64,000 bases of DNA from Candidatus Latescibacterota bacterium (GCA_965237525.1 CBDEFO010000008.1:416001-480000), one strand, 5' to 3'. Shown: positions 1 through 10,221, counted from the first letter of the stretch. The notes: generated from the letters alone by a model not told the origin. Translations and numbers: made by a program.

Positions 1-1
1 C

Positions 2-838
2 AAGAGCTTCCGCGGATGGCATATAATCAAGCTCGAAGAGAAAAAGACGGAAAATGGCCAAGCGAAAGTCAGAGCCCGGCATATACTCCTACAGGTGGAG
101 GTCAGCAGAGGCGCTATGGAAGAACTTGCCCGAAAAGCCGACAGGCTAATCGAAAACGCTCAGCAAATCGGCTTCGATGCGGCCGCAAAAGCCGAAGGTT
201 TGGAAATCAAAGATACAGGATTCTTCAAAAAGGGACCCTTTATCCCCGGAATCGGAATCTCCCAGTCTCTCGTAAACCAAGCATTCGCAGCGGATATAGG
301 AGAGATCCTAAGACTCTACGAGGACGACAGAGGATTCTTTATCATTTCAGTCTCAGACAGAAAAAAGGAAGGTATAAGTCCTTTAAGCCAAGCAAGAGAG
401 AAGATTAGATGGGATCTAACAAGAGACAAGAAGAGAGACTTGGCGGCAGAAAAGCTCCAACCCATCGCTTCGGCTATATCTCAAGGCGCCTCAATGGAAG
501 ATGCAGCAGAATCTACATCTCTTCCGGTTAAAGAAACAGATGAGTTTGCCCGCACAGATTTTGTCCCGGATATAGGAGTAAGGAACGAATTTATAGCCGC
601 GGCTTTTAAACTTCAGGAGGGACAAGTAAGTCCCGTAGTGTCGTCCGACAGAGGTGCCTATTTAATGCAGTTGGTTAAGAAAGAGCCTATTGCTGAGGAG
701 GAGTTCCAAAAAGAGAAGGATGCACTCAAAGAGCGCCTCCGTCAGGAGAAAGAAACCCAGATATTCAACAGTTGGTACGCCCATCAGAGGCGAAGTGCCG
801 AGATTATAGACAACAGGCACCTTTACTACAACTTCTGA
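2..838 (+). CDS. SurA/PpiD-type peptidyl-prolyl isomerase, 5'-partial
   Basis: Frame open from base 2: GWHIIKL...VRARHILL parvulin motifs, AAFKLQEGQVSPVV, C-terminal EIIDNR. Confidence 0.85.
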   Translation, partial: KSFRGWHIIKLEEKKTENGQAKVRARHILLQVEVSRGAMEELARKADRLIENAQQIGFDAAAKAEGLEIKDTGFFKKGPFIPGIGISQSLVNQAFAADIGEILRLYEDDRGFFIISVSDRKKEGISPLSQAREKIRWDLTRDKKRDLAAEKLQPIASAISQGASMEDAAESTSLPVKETDEFARTDFVPDIGVRNEFIAAAFKLQEGQVSPVVSSDRGAYLMQLVKKEPIAEEEFQKEKDALKERLRQEKETQIFNSWYAHQRRSAEIIDNRHLYYNF

Positions 839-1828
839 TCCGGCAAAAGATGCCCTCGCAGGGGCCATAATCCTGCGGGGCGGAAGCGCATTATCAATAC
901 CATAATAAGTCCGAAAAATAAAAACCGCGCGCTTTCAAGGATGCCCAATTTCGGCAGAATTCCTCTTAAGATCTCACTTAAAGATCCTAATATGATAGAC
1001 CCAATCACGGTCCCCGGGACACTACCCATCCCTCCTAATACTACCATACATAGAATCATAACCGATTCCCAGAACTTTAGCATATTGGGACTTATAAATG
1101 TTATCCATCTTGCAAAGAAAGCTCCACCTACCGCTGCAAACGCAGCGCTGACCGCAAAAGCCGCCAGTTTAAATCTCATCACATTTACCCCGCAGCTTTG
1201 CGCCGCGATCTCGTCCTCTCGTATAGCAGACCAAGCCCACCCGACGCGGGAGTTTTGAAGCCGTGACATTACGATCACCGTCAGGATTACCAAAGTCAGT
1301 GCAAGGTAGTAGAAACTCATATCCTCACTAAACTCCTGCCCAAATAGGGAAGGGGGAGCTATCGCCGGAAGTCCCATAGGTCCCCTTGTAAGCCAAGTCT
1401 CGTTTATAATAGTAAGCACCACAAGCTCTGAAAACCCGAACGTCACAATCGCAAAACAGTCTCCGCTGAGCCTTAAAGTCGGCGCTCCTCTCAAGACACC
1501 CCAGAGAGCGCCGTTTGAAGCAGCGATGGGCAGAATTATCCAAAAGCTCAGATTGGAGTTGAGCGTCAACAGTCCACAGATGTGGGGCCCTATCCCGTAA
1601 TAACCCTACGTATCCGAGATCTAAAAGCCCCGTAAATCCCGGAACCACGTTCAGCCCCAAAGCCAGAAGTATATAGAGCACAACCAGCACCCCTATATGC
1701 GTTATGTATCCCTCAAAGCCCGGCACAAAAGCGAATAAGAGTGCAAACGCTAAAGGGACCACTATTAACAACTTCTTGCGCCGCTTTATGGGATCTGATA
1801 CATCCTTAAGAAAGCTCAGTAATTCCAT
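826..1828 (-). pseudogene. livM: Branched-chain amino acid ABC permease LivM, frameshifted
   Basis: ALGLNVVPGFTGLLDLGY in ORF 1328..1828 continues in another frame (826..1569) with AIREDEIAA and MVVLGGMGS. Confidence 0.85.
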
Positions 1829-1867
1829 CGTGTAATTCCTGTGGGACGAAAGGTCAAAACAAATGAC

Positions 1868-1951
1868 TTCATCACAAGCAATAGCAAAGCAATGTAGCCT
1901 CTGTCAACGAGTTTCTTGAGATTGCTGGCGGGTTGCACTCTTGGCAATGAC
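1868..1951. repeat. Degenerate palindromic intergenic repeat (GAGATTGCT...GCAATGAC type)
   Basis: gagattgctggcgggttgcactcttggcaatgac at 1918-1951; related copies at 27985-28062 and 42167. Confidence 0.5.
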
Positions 1952-2046
1952 TAAAGAGCCAAGCAACGTCAATGCCAGCCTAGCAATATGGATTAGAGTG
2001 CCTCGTTCCTCAGGGGAAGAGTAAAGCGTCCTGTTTACTGTCTACG

Positions 2047-2888
2047 TCAAACGCGTTCGACTTCTCCCTTCCCCATACTTCCCAACGGCCTGAAGATTAT
2101 GAAAAGTATCATTATGGCGTAGGCTATCCCGTCTCGATACTGTGAAGAGATGTAAGCCGCTCCGAATATCTCGCCCATGCCCAGGATCATCGCACCGATC
2201 ATAGCCCCCGGGACACTCCCGCCAGATAGCCCTTAGTAGGATAGCGGCGTTTTAGTACATAGCTACCAATATCCCCGCCACGTCAGCGAGACTCGATCCG
2301 ATAGCAAAGGTAAAGGAAACCACTCTATTTACATCGACTCCCATCAGCTTAGCTGCTATCTGATCCTGCGCCCACGCCCTCATGGCCCTCCCTATCTTCG
2401 TCTTCTTAATTATTAGATGGAGCCCCAGCATCAAGATGAAAGCTGTAGCAAATATGAATATTTGCAGATTTATAATAGTGACACCGCCGACTGCGGAAGC
2501 TCCCTGAAGAAATCGGGGACATATCCGGATGGGAAAGGCTTGGTCCATGCTCCCAATATCGCTCTCGCCAGCTTCTGGAGAAAGAGAGAGACATCTATCG
2601 CCGTGATCTGAGCCGAAAGCCTCGGCGCACCTCTCAGCGGACGATACGCCCCCATGTCTATTAAGACCCCTAATAGCCCAGAGCAAGCGACAGATAGAAG
2701 GAAGGCTACGGGAAAGGGAATATGACCTGCAGAAAGGAAGGTTAAAGCAAAAAACGCCCCCATCATATATATTTCCCCGTGAGCAAAATTGATGAGCTTG
2801 ATGATCCCATAGACCATCGGGTAGCCCACGGCGATGAGAGCCTATATGCCTCCCAGAGTCAGACATTTAGCAACTGTTGGGAAAACAT
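2047..2888 (-). pseudogene. livH: Branched-chain amino acid ABC permease LivH, multiple lesions
   Basis: MFSQQLLN then a 1-nt deletion, in-frame TAG at the GGIY position, MVYGIIKLINFAHGE, further frameshifts, KTKIGRAMRA. Confidence 0.85.
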
Positions 2889-2916
2889 AGAGTCATTTAA
2901 GTATTGAATCAAAAAG

Positions 2917-2975
2917 AGTAGACAGCTACGAAAACACGGGGTGATGGGAGGATGTGCCCCTGTCTACTGTCTACT
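2917..2975. repeat. GTAGACAG...CTGTCTAC palindromic element
   Basis: agtagacag 2917-2925 and ctgtctactgtctact 2960-2975. Confidence 0.7.
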
Positions 2976-4122
2976 TGCCCAGTCCAGCATCTGTTCAGGG
3001 GCAGCGACAACTTACCGTCTTTGACGATGCTCACGTAAGCTGGCTTTTGACAGTCGCCGTTTTGGTCGAAGAACGTCAGCCCGGTGACGCCGGCATAACT
3101 ATCTTCTGCAGTAGTCATTCCAGCAAGATAATCCCTTATAGCTTTTCGGTCGGGTCCTACCGCCTTTATAGCCTCAATAGCTATCCCCGCTGCGTCGTAC
3201 GCTAAGGCGGTCCAGCAGTCAGGTTCGTCATTGTACTTCTTCTTAAAACTTTCTAAGAGCTTCAAAGCTTTTGGTCCTGCTGCGTCGAACAAAAAGGGCG
3301 TCGTCAGGATCGTTCCTTCGGCTGCATCGCCCGCTATCTTGATATATTCAGGAGAGAATATCCCGTCCGCACCAGAAGCTGTGTCATGATCCCCTGTCTC
3401 TTCGCCTGAGAAGCTATCAACGCCGCCTCGTTATAAAGACCCGATATGAGGATCGCATCGGGATTTAGGGTCTTAAACTTGGCAAGCTGAGGCGTGAAAT
3501 CTATCGACTCTCCGGTATATGGTTCTCGTCCAACAATTTCGACCCCCAATTTTTCTGCCTCTTTGACAAAGGCATCTTTTAAACCGATCCCGCAATCGTC
3601 GTTGTCGTAGAAGACAGCGAGCCTTTTGAACCCCAATTTCCTTGCACAGTAGCTCGCCAGAAACTATCCCTGAAAATCGTCCCGGTACAGATTTCTAAAC
3701 GTCCAAGGGCTCCCTTCGCACACCCTCACGTTGGTAGGGCCAGGAGAAAGTTGGACTACCCCTCCCCTTTTGTATATCGGTTTCCCAGCCAGGGAGCAGG
3801 AGCTGTTGAAGTGACCTATCACAATCAAAATAGACTTATCGTAGGCAAACTTGGTCGCCACATTTGACGCCTCCTTAGGGTCTCCGGCGTCGTCTCCGAA
3901 GACAGCTTCTACCCTCTTTCTGTCTACCCCACCTGAGGCGTTCACCTCGTCAACCTTGAGGAAGGCACCCTTTTTGATCATCTCTCCGTAGGCCGCCGCG
4001 TTGCCCGTAAATGGACTGGCGATCCCGATCCTTATCACATCGGAGGTATCCTCTCTTTTCGCGCAGCCCCAAGAGGCAAATATAAGCGCAGCCGACACTA
4101 TAAAATTCAAAACGATTCTCAT
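2964..4122 (-). pseudogene. livK: Branched-chain amino acid binding lipoprotein LivK/LivJ, split in three or more frames
   Basis: Lipobox-like SWGC, VIGHFNSSCS, DFTPQLAK and ALAYDAA spread over ORFs 3664..4122, 3334..3636 and 2909..3292. Confidence 0.85.
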
Positions 4123-4160
4123 CAGTTCTTCCTAGGTGATATAATGTGCTCTCACTTCAG

Positions 4161-4853
4161 TTACCCTGAACCTCTTTTTGACTTGCCGATTACCTTTTGA
4201 GTCGTCTTAAAATGCACTTTAGCCACCTTTTTCAATATGCCCTCGCCGTACTTTTCCACTAATTCTTGTGCTAATTCTTCCACAGCCCCAGATGCGCCCT
4301 TTATAAGCTCCTCTCCTATCTGGTCGGACAAACCCTCCAATCTGCTTACAAATTCAGCCCTTGCGATCACAGAAGCCGCAGCTACCGCGAGGTCGTCTTC
4401 CGCCTTTGGCCTCTGCTGGATCTTTATCTGTTTACCCCTTTTTAAGAGGGCGTTTATCACGAACCTTTCATCTCCGAACTGATCCGTTACAGCCCTTGGG
4501 CAGTCCTCCTTTTCCAGAAGATTTTCTATAGCCCTTGCATGCCCCCACGCCAACATTCTGTTTAGATTTTGCATCCGACCGTAGAGCTCGTTGTATCTTT
4601 CAGGACCTATTGCCACTGTTGTCCAAACGCATATAGATTTTATCCTCTCATCCAATTTTTTTATAACGTTATCGGAAATGCGCTTGCTGTCTCTAACGTT
4701 CAATTGAAAAAGCTTTTCCAGAACAGAATCGTTCACACAGACACCGGCTATGACCAAAGGCCCGAAATAGTCCCCCTTTCCCGATTCATCGGTGCCGATC
4801 CATGAGCAAGTTTGTGACAATTTGTCCCCTGCAGGTTCAATCGCTCTTGACAA
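4161..4853 (-). CDS. rnhC: Ribonuclease HIII (catalytic domain, no N-terminal extension)
   Basis: WIGTDESGKGDYFGPLV, VRDSK, DQF, AVAAASVIAR, KVHFKT. Confidence 0.9.
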   Translation of the reverse strand: MSRAIEPAGDKLSQTCSWIGTDESGKGDYFGPLVIAGVCVNDSVLEKLFQLNVRDSKRISDNVIKKLDERIKSICVWTTVAIGPERYNELYGRMQNLNRMLAWGHARAIENLLEKEDCPRAVTDQFGDERFVINALLKRGKQIKIQQRPKAEDDLAVAAASVIARAEFVSRLEGLSDQIGEELIKGASGAVEELAQELVEKYGEGILKKVAKVHFKTTQKVIGKSKRGSG

Positions 4854-5015
4854 TATCAGCGCTATATACTATATTTTTGTAGTAAAATACAGGTACAAGT
4901 GCGTGAGTTTGCTATCCTCTAGGTTTGTCACTGACTACTTCAGAATAATTTTAGCCTATAAAATAGAATATGTCAAGACCTTTGATCTTCTCTCACACAG
5001 ACCAGGAGAACTATA

Positions 5016-6611
5016 TTGAGCGAGGATGAATACATACAGACTATCTCTGATCTTGAGGCCAAGACACGAAAACTTGAGATCATAAATGAAATATCTGACT
5101 TGATCAACTCCACTTTTAACTTCGACGATATATTCCGAACCGCAGTCCAGGAGACGAAAAAGATAGTCGCTTTTGACGGAGCCAGCATCTCCCTTCTGGA
5201 CGAAACCGGCCAGAAGCTCATCACCTACGCCCTTGTGACAGATAAAAAGACCAAGCTCGGGGTGGGCTATATTTATAAGAAAGAGACCGGAGTTGAACAG
5301 GTTATAGACCACAAAGTTCCCAACATCGCCGAGGACCTAAGCTTGGAAATGAAAACTCCCATACATGAAGCCCTTTTGAAAGAGGGAATAAGGTCTTACA
5401 TCTCCATACCCTTGACATACAGAGGGACATCCATAGGAACGTTCGATCTGTGCAGAAGAAAGCCCAGCCACTACGCCGACTGCGACCTTGAGACTTTACA
5501 GCAAATAGCCAATAGAATCGCTGTGGCTATCCAAAATGCTCAGCTATTCAAGGAAGTTCAAAAGTCAGAGGAGAAATATCGCTCCCTTATAAATAAAGCC
5601 AACGACGCTATATTCATAATAAATGCCGACAACGGAGAGATAATAGAAGCCAACCCGAAGGCAGAGGAACTTACAGGCTACAAAAACAGCGAACTTGCGG
5701 GGAAAAAGATATGGGAGATACACCCGCAGGAGGAGATGGAATCCGCCAAAGGGCTCTTCCAACTTGTCTCCTCTCAAGGCTCAGGCGTATACGACGATAT
5801 GTCCTTCACAAGGAAGGACAAAAGCAGGGTCTTTGTAGATGTGAGTGCAGCCGTCATAGAATATGGAGACACTAAGGTCATCCAGAGGATCTGCAGAGAC
5901 GTTACGGAAAGAAAGGAATTGCAAAGACAACTGACTCAATCCAACAAACTCGCCGCAGTCGGTGAACTCTCCGCAGCTATTGCCCATGAAATAAGAAACC
6001 CCCTGGGAGGCATAAGCACCTCCGTCGGCATACTTAAGGACAGCCTCGATTTGGACGGAGAAGAAAAGGAACTTCTGGACATTATCTCCAACGAGTCCGA
6101 AAGGCTTAACTCTGTTATTTCAGACTTTCTCAAGTTCGCAAGGCCTCAAGAGCCCCACTTAGAGGAAGTTGACGGAAACGAATTGCTCAAGGAGACCATG
6201 CTCCTTCTCAAAGAGAAGATACAAAAGAGCGTGGAGCTTGGTATGAAACTCTGCGAGGATCTGCCCTCTATAGATGCCGATCTATCCCAACTTAAGCAGG
6301 TCTTCATAAACATAGTCCTAAACGCCCTTGAGAGCATGGAAGCGAGTGGGCGATTGGAAATATCGTCTGAGATCAAAGGTAAGATACACAAGAGAAAGTG
6401 TATTTCAATTTCTTTTAGCGATACAGGAAAAGGGATAGACCAAGATAAGCTCGAAAAGATATTCCAGCCCTTCTACTCCGACAAAGAAAACGGCACCGGT
6501 TTAGGACTTTCTATCTGCCACAGAATCATCCAAAACCACAGGGGAGATATAATAGCAGAAAGCAAGCCCGGCGTCGGAAGCAAATTTACAATCTTACTGC
6601 CAATACCTTAG
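5016..6611 (+). CDS. GAF-PAS sensor histidine kinase
   Basis: GAF and PAS domains, H-box AHEIRNPL, N box QVFINIVLNA, DTGKG and GTGLGL. Confidence 0.92.
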   Translation: MSEDEYIQTISDLEAKTRKLEIINEISDLINSTFNFDDIFRTAVQETKKIVAFDGASISLLDETGQKLITYALVTDKKTKLGVGYIYKKETGVEQVIDHKVPNIAEDLSLEMKTPIHEALLKEGIRSYISIPLTYRGTSIGTFDLCRRKPSHYADCDLETLQQIANRIAVAIQNAQLFKEVQKSEEKYRSLINKANDAIFIINADNGEIIEANPKAEELTGYKNSELAGKKIWEIHPQEEMESAKGLFQLVSSQGSGVYDDMSFTRKDKSRVFVDVSAAVIEYGDTKVIQRICRDVTERKELQRQLTQSNKLAAVGELSAAIAHEIRNPLGGISTSVGILKDSLDLDGEEKELLDIISNESERLNSVISDFLKFARPQEPHLEEVDGNELLKETMLLLKEKIQKSVELGMKLCEDLPSIDADLSQLKQVFINIVLNALESMEASGRLEISSEIKGKIHKRKCISISFSDTGKGIDQDKLEKIFQPFYSDKENGTGLGLSICHRIIQNHRGDIIAESKPGVGSKFTILLPIP

Positions 6612-6616
6612 GTAGG

Positions 6617-8020
6617 TTGCACATGCCCCGAATTTTGATAGTTGATGATGAACTCAGTATAAGAAAGAGCCTGTCTATCCTTTTGGGCAAGGAAGGATAC
6701 CAGACAGATGAAGGCTCAAACGGAAAAGAGGCTATAAAAAAGATCAATGCGGAAACCTATGACATGGTCATCACCGACCTGAAGATGGAACCTGTAGATG
6801 GTATTGATGTCCTCAAAAAATCCAAAGCTCTCTCCCAAGCCACAGAAGTTATGGTCATGACAGGATACGGGACTATCGAAAGCGGTGTGGAAGCTATGAA
6901 GTTAGGGGCGTACGATTATATTACAAAACCCTTCCAAAACAATGACATAATCCAAAAAGTAAACAGAGCCTTGGAGCGCAAGGAACTATCTGATAAGGTC
7001 AAATTGCTCGAATCCCAATTGAGAGAAAAATACAAGTTCGAAAACATAATCTCCAGCACCAACCAGATGATAGAGGTTTTGAAGATGGTCTCCAAGGTCT
7101 CCAGGACCGACAGCACAGTTCTCATAACCGGCGAAAGCGGAACCGGAAAGGAACTCGTACCAAGAGCGCTACACAACAACAGCCCCCGAAAGTACAAGGC
7201 GTTTGTACCCATAAACTGCGGCGCACTTCCCCATGACCTTCAGGAAAGCGAACTCTTCGGTCACGTCAAGGGATCTTTCACCGGGGCATCGTACGACAAA
7301 AAGGGGCTCCTTGAAGAGGCAGATGGAGGCACAACCTTTTTAGATGAAATAGGAGAGGCGACCCCTCAGGTTCAGGTAAAGCTTTTGAGATTCTCTCAAG
7401 ATGGAGAAATAAGGAGAGTCGGAGACAATAAGCCCACTTACACGGACGTCAGACTCATTGCCGCGACTAACAAAAACCTGGAACAGGCGATAGAGAATAA
7501 CAAGTTCCGCGAGGACCTCTACTATCGCCTGAACGTAATACCCATACATCTTCCGCCCTTAAGAGAAAGAAAAGACGATATCCCTCTTTTGGCCAAACAT
7601 TTCCTCAAGAAGCACACCGGGCGGCTCAAAATAGACATTGAATCTATATCTAAAAGGGCCTTGAGTCTCTTTATGAGCTACGACTGGCCGGGAAACGTCA
7701 GAGAATTAGAAAACGTCATCGAACGCTCGATAATACTTGCGTCGGGCGAGACTATCACCCCTGAGGACCTTCCGCAGACCCTCGGAGGCGGCGTCCAGAT
7801 GGAGTCCAAAAGAAGACACAGAAGCGGGATGGCGCTATCCGATGTTGAAAGGCTCCACATACTCGACATATTGGAGGAGTGCTCATGGAACCGCAAAAAA
7901 GCCTCTGAAAGACTCGACATCTCGACAACTACGCTGTGGAGAAAGCTGAAGGAGTACAATATCTCTCTAAAAGAATCTCCACAGGACCTTTACGACAATA
8001 CAGAAGGTGAAAAGTCCTGA
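6617..8020 (+). CDS. NtrC-family sigma54-dependent response regulator
   Basis: Receiver domain, GESGTGKE, GSFTGA, FLDEIGE, WPGNVRELEN, Fis-type HTH. Confidence 0.93.
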   Translation: MHMPRILIVDDELSIRKSLSILLGKEGYQTDEGSNGKEAIKKINAETYDMVITDLKMEPVDGIDVLKKSKALSQATEVMVMTGYGTIESGVEAMKLGAYDYITKPFQNNDIIQKVNRALERKELSDKVKLLESQLREKYKFENIISSTNQMIEVLKMVSKVSRTDSTVLITGESGTGKELVPRALHNNSPRKYKAFVPINCGALPHDLQESELFGHVKGSFTGASYDKKGLLEEADGGTTFLDEIGEATPQVQVKLLRFSQDGEIRRVGDNKPTYTDVRLIAATNKNLEQAIENNKFREDLYYRLNVIPIHLPPLRERKDDIPLLAKHFLKKHTGRLKIDIESISKRALSLFMSYDWPGNVRELENVIERSIILASGETITPEDLPQTLGGGVQMESKRRHRSGMALSDVERLHILDILEECSWNRKKASERLDISTTTLWRKLKEYNISLKESPQDLYDNTEGEKS

Positions 8021-8299
8021 CCTGAACAACGCCGGCAGAACCAGAAAGAGACTGAGAATTTATCTGGATAACCGCTCACAATATCCCACTGCCGATTTTG
8101 CTCCCCAGCCTTCAAGATCTAACTTGCCCGGTACCTGTCGTATTTCAAACTGAAACGCCTGACCATTTCCATTTTATAACTTCTGCGCACAATTCATACT
8201 CTACATTATCTTTATATCGTGAGATAATACTCCCCAAGTTCATTTATTTCCAAACACTTATTTAAATGACACAACTTTACTTCTTAATCCTAAAGTTGT

Positions 8300-8315
8300 T
8301 GGCACCCTATTTGCA
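8300..8315 (+). promoter_or_regulatory. Sigma54 -24/-12 promoter
   Basis: TGGCAC-CCTAT-TTGCA exact consensus spacing; palindrome TTTCA-AAC-TGAAA at 8143-8155 as a candidate upstream activator site. Confidence 0.85.
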
Positions 8316-8426
8316 CCTAATATCAGCACAGTATGTATCTCAAGTCTTTGTCGCGACAGACAGCTTCAAACCGAATTCGGAATAACAACAACAAGAGGAA
8401 GCAGGAAAAACCAAGGAGGAAAGACA

Positions 8427-8873
8427 ATGTTTGAGCAGAAGACTCGAGGAAACCTAATTGAGAAGATCAGCAGTAATGTAAAGATCGTAAAGCCAAAGAG
8501 CATTTCTTTGAGCAACTGGTATGGAAAAGCCTTACTGGCAGTGTTTGTCGGACTCGTTATGATTGGCGCCTCTCTGAACGCAGAAGCACAATTTCGCTAC
8601 GGTTATGGATCTACCCATTCTTACCGGCACCGTTATCATCAATCGCGCGGCAATTACTATGACTACCGGTATGACTATGGTAGGCGATATCAGCACGGTA
8701 GCCATCACTACGGCAGAATCTATTCAGGGTACGGATATTACCCAATATATTCAGATGGCAGCGATCCCTTCATTGAAAGCGTAGAGGATGGGGATATTCT
8801 TGCAGTAAGATCGTTTGTAAAAAACGGCGCAAACGTCAATGCAAAAGATGACGACGACGCCGGAGCTGAATGA
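8427..8873 (+). CDS. Predicted secreted His/Tyr/Gly/Arg-rich protein, copy A, ankyrin part truncated
   Basis: RBS AGGAGG, hydrophobic segment ending in AEA, low-complexity region, start of an ankyrin repeat (GANVNAKD) then early stop. Confidence 0.65.
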   Translation: MFEQKTRGNLIEKISSNVKIVKPKSISLSNWYGKALLAVFVGLVMIGASLNAEAQFRYGYGSTHSYRHRYHQSRGNYYDYRYDYGRRYQHGSHHYGRIYSGYGYYPIYSDGSDPFIESVEDGDILAVRSFVKNGANVNAKDDDDAGAE

Positions 8874-8888
8874 TGAAAGAGGGCAGCC

Positions 8889-8966
8889 AAAGTAGCTACG
8901 GCAAACGTCAACGCACCCTCCCAGCGTGTGTTGGAAGTCATCTCGAACTTCGGCAATGTGCATGCG
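8889..8966 (+). pseudogene. Duplicated SRPBCC N-terminal fragment
   Basis: 8897-8966 is identical (70 bp) to 9342-9411. Confidence 0.75.
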
Positions 8967-9237
8967 ATGATCGCGAAACGCTGATGAAGGCCATACAGCA
9001 GTAGCCCGGATACTGCTGGACAAAGGCGCAAACATCAATGCAAAAGATGATGACGGCGAGACAGCCCTGATGATCGCAGCTGATGAAGGCCATACAGTAG
9101 TAGCCCGCATACTGCTGGACAGAGGCGCAAACATCAATGCCAAAAATGACGACGGCGAGACCGCCCTGATGATTGCTGCAGATGAAGGCCATACAGTAAT
9201 AGCCCAATTACTCAGGGATGCCGGAGCAACTGAATGA
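8967..9237 (+). pseudogene. Orphan ankyrin-repeat segment (about 2.5 repeats of 99 bp)
   Basis: ADEGHTAVARILLDKGANINAKDDDGETALMIAADEGH...; a 4-bp insertion after ATG 8967 breaks the frame. Confidence 0.8.
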
Positions 9238-9265
9238 TGCAAACGGAATATCAATACTCTATTCC

Positions 9266-9305
9266 ACAGGCAAGTGGTAAGGGCTTGAGCCTGCCACTTG
9301 CCTGT
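9266..9305. repeat. Stable hairpin, copy 1 (identical copy at 10157-10196)
   Basis: ACAGGCAAGTGG...CCACTTGCCTGT 12-bp stem; no clear U-tract. Confidence 0.8.
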
Positions 9306-9324
9306 TCAAGAAGGGAGTAAGAAA

Positions 9325-9545
9325 ATGAACAAAGTAGCAGTTACGGCAAACGTCAACGCACCCTCCCAGCGTGTGTTGGAAGTCATCTCGAACTTCGGCA
9401 ATGTGCATGCGTTCCATCCGATGGTAGACAGAGGTGACATGCTCAATGGGAAAGATCGAGGCTTCCGTGCGAAACGTCGCTGTAATTTCTACGACAACAC
9501 CTCCGTTGTGGAAGAAATAACTGAATGGATCGACGGCATCGAAAT
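9325..9545 (+). pseudogene. SRPBCC/polyketide-cyclase-like protein, N-terminal half, in frame with the downstream gene
   Basis: MNKVAVTANVNAPSQRVLEVISNFGNVHAFHP...RRCNF...EEITEW, then breaks into the repeated leader. Confidence 0.65.
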
Positions 9546-9588
9546 AACAATAATAGGAAGAAGCAGGAAAAACCAAGGAGGAAAGACA

Positions 9589-10128
9589 ATGTTTGAGCAG
9601 AAGACTCGAGGAAACTTAATTGAGAAGACCAGCAGTAATGTAAAGATCGTAAAGCCAAAGAGCATTTCTTTGAGCAACTGGTGTGGAAAAGCCTTAGTGG
9701 CAGCGTTTGTCGGACTCGTTATGATTGGCGCCTCTCTGAACGCAGAAGCATACTATGGTCACGGGTACCGCTCGGGTCACGGGTACCGTTCTGGTCACGG
9801 GTATCACTCTGGCTACGGGTATCACTCTGGCTACGGGTATCGTTCTGGTCACAGGTATCGCTCTGGTCACAGGTATCGCTCTGGTTACCCGTACCACTAC
9901 GGCAGAAGCTATTCAGGGTACGGAAATTACCCAATATACTCAGATGACAGCGATCCCTTCATTAAAAGCGTAGGGGATGGGGATATTCTTGCAGTAAGAT
10001 CGTTTGTAAAAAAGGGCGCAAACGTCAATGCCAAAAATGATGAAGGCGAGACCGCCCTGATGATTGCAGCAGATGAAGGCCATACAGTAATAGCCCAATT
10101 ACTCAGGGATGCCGGAGCAACTGAATGA
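9589..10128 (+). CDS. Predicted secreted hexapeptide-repeat (G-H/Y-G/R-Y-R/H-S) ankyrin protein, copy B
   Basis: Own RBS and ATG; near-identical leader to copy A; seven 18-bp repeats; complete ankyrin repeat GETALMIAADEGH. Confidence 0.75.
   Translation: MFEQKTRGNLIEKTSSNVKIVKPKSISLSNWCGKALVAAFVGLVMIGASLNAEAYYGHGYRSGHGYRSGHGYHSGYGYHSGYGYRSGHRYRSGHRYRSGYPYHYGRSYSGYGNYPIYSDDSDPFIKSVGDGDILAVRSFVKKGANVNAKNDEGETALMIAADEGHTVIAQLLRDAGATE
9757..9882 (+). repeat. Coding tandem repeat, 7 x 18 bp
   Basis: ggtcacgggtaccgctcg / ggctacgggtatcactct / ggtcacaggtatcgctct variants. Confidence 0.9.
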
Positions 10129-10156
10129 TGCAAACGGAAGATCAATACTCTATTCC

Positions 10157-10196
10157 ACAGGCAAGTGGTAAGGGCTTGAGCCTGCCACTTGCCTGT
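10157..10196. repeat. Stable hairpin, copy 2
   Basis: Identical to 9266-9305; part of a roughly 195-bp duplication offset by 891 bp. Confidence 0.8.
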
Positions 10197-10221
10197 TCAA
10201 GAAGGGAGTGCGAGAGAGAAA

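Noticed and set aside
826..4122. Programmed frameshifting in the liv genes
   Set aside because: Many independent lesions including an in-frame TAG, with no common slippery site
8980..9882. CRISPR array
   Set aside because: The 18-bp and 99-bp repeats are contiguous coding repeats without unique spacers; no cas genes
8398..10209. Diversity-generating retroelement TR/VR pair
   Set aside because: Mismatches between copies include C/T, C/G and T/G changes and are not adenine-specific; no reverse transcriptase in the window
9298..10221. MPVQEGS N-termini in the ORF track (9298 and 10189)
   Set aside because: The TTG lies inside the duplicated hairpin; ATGs at 9325 and 10222 follow the purine-rich RBS
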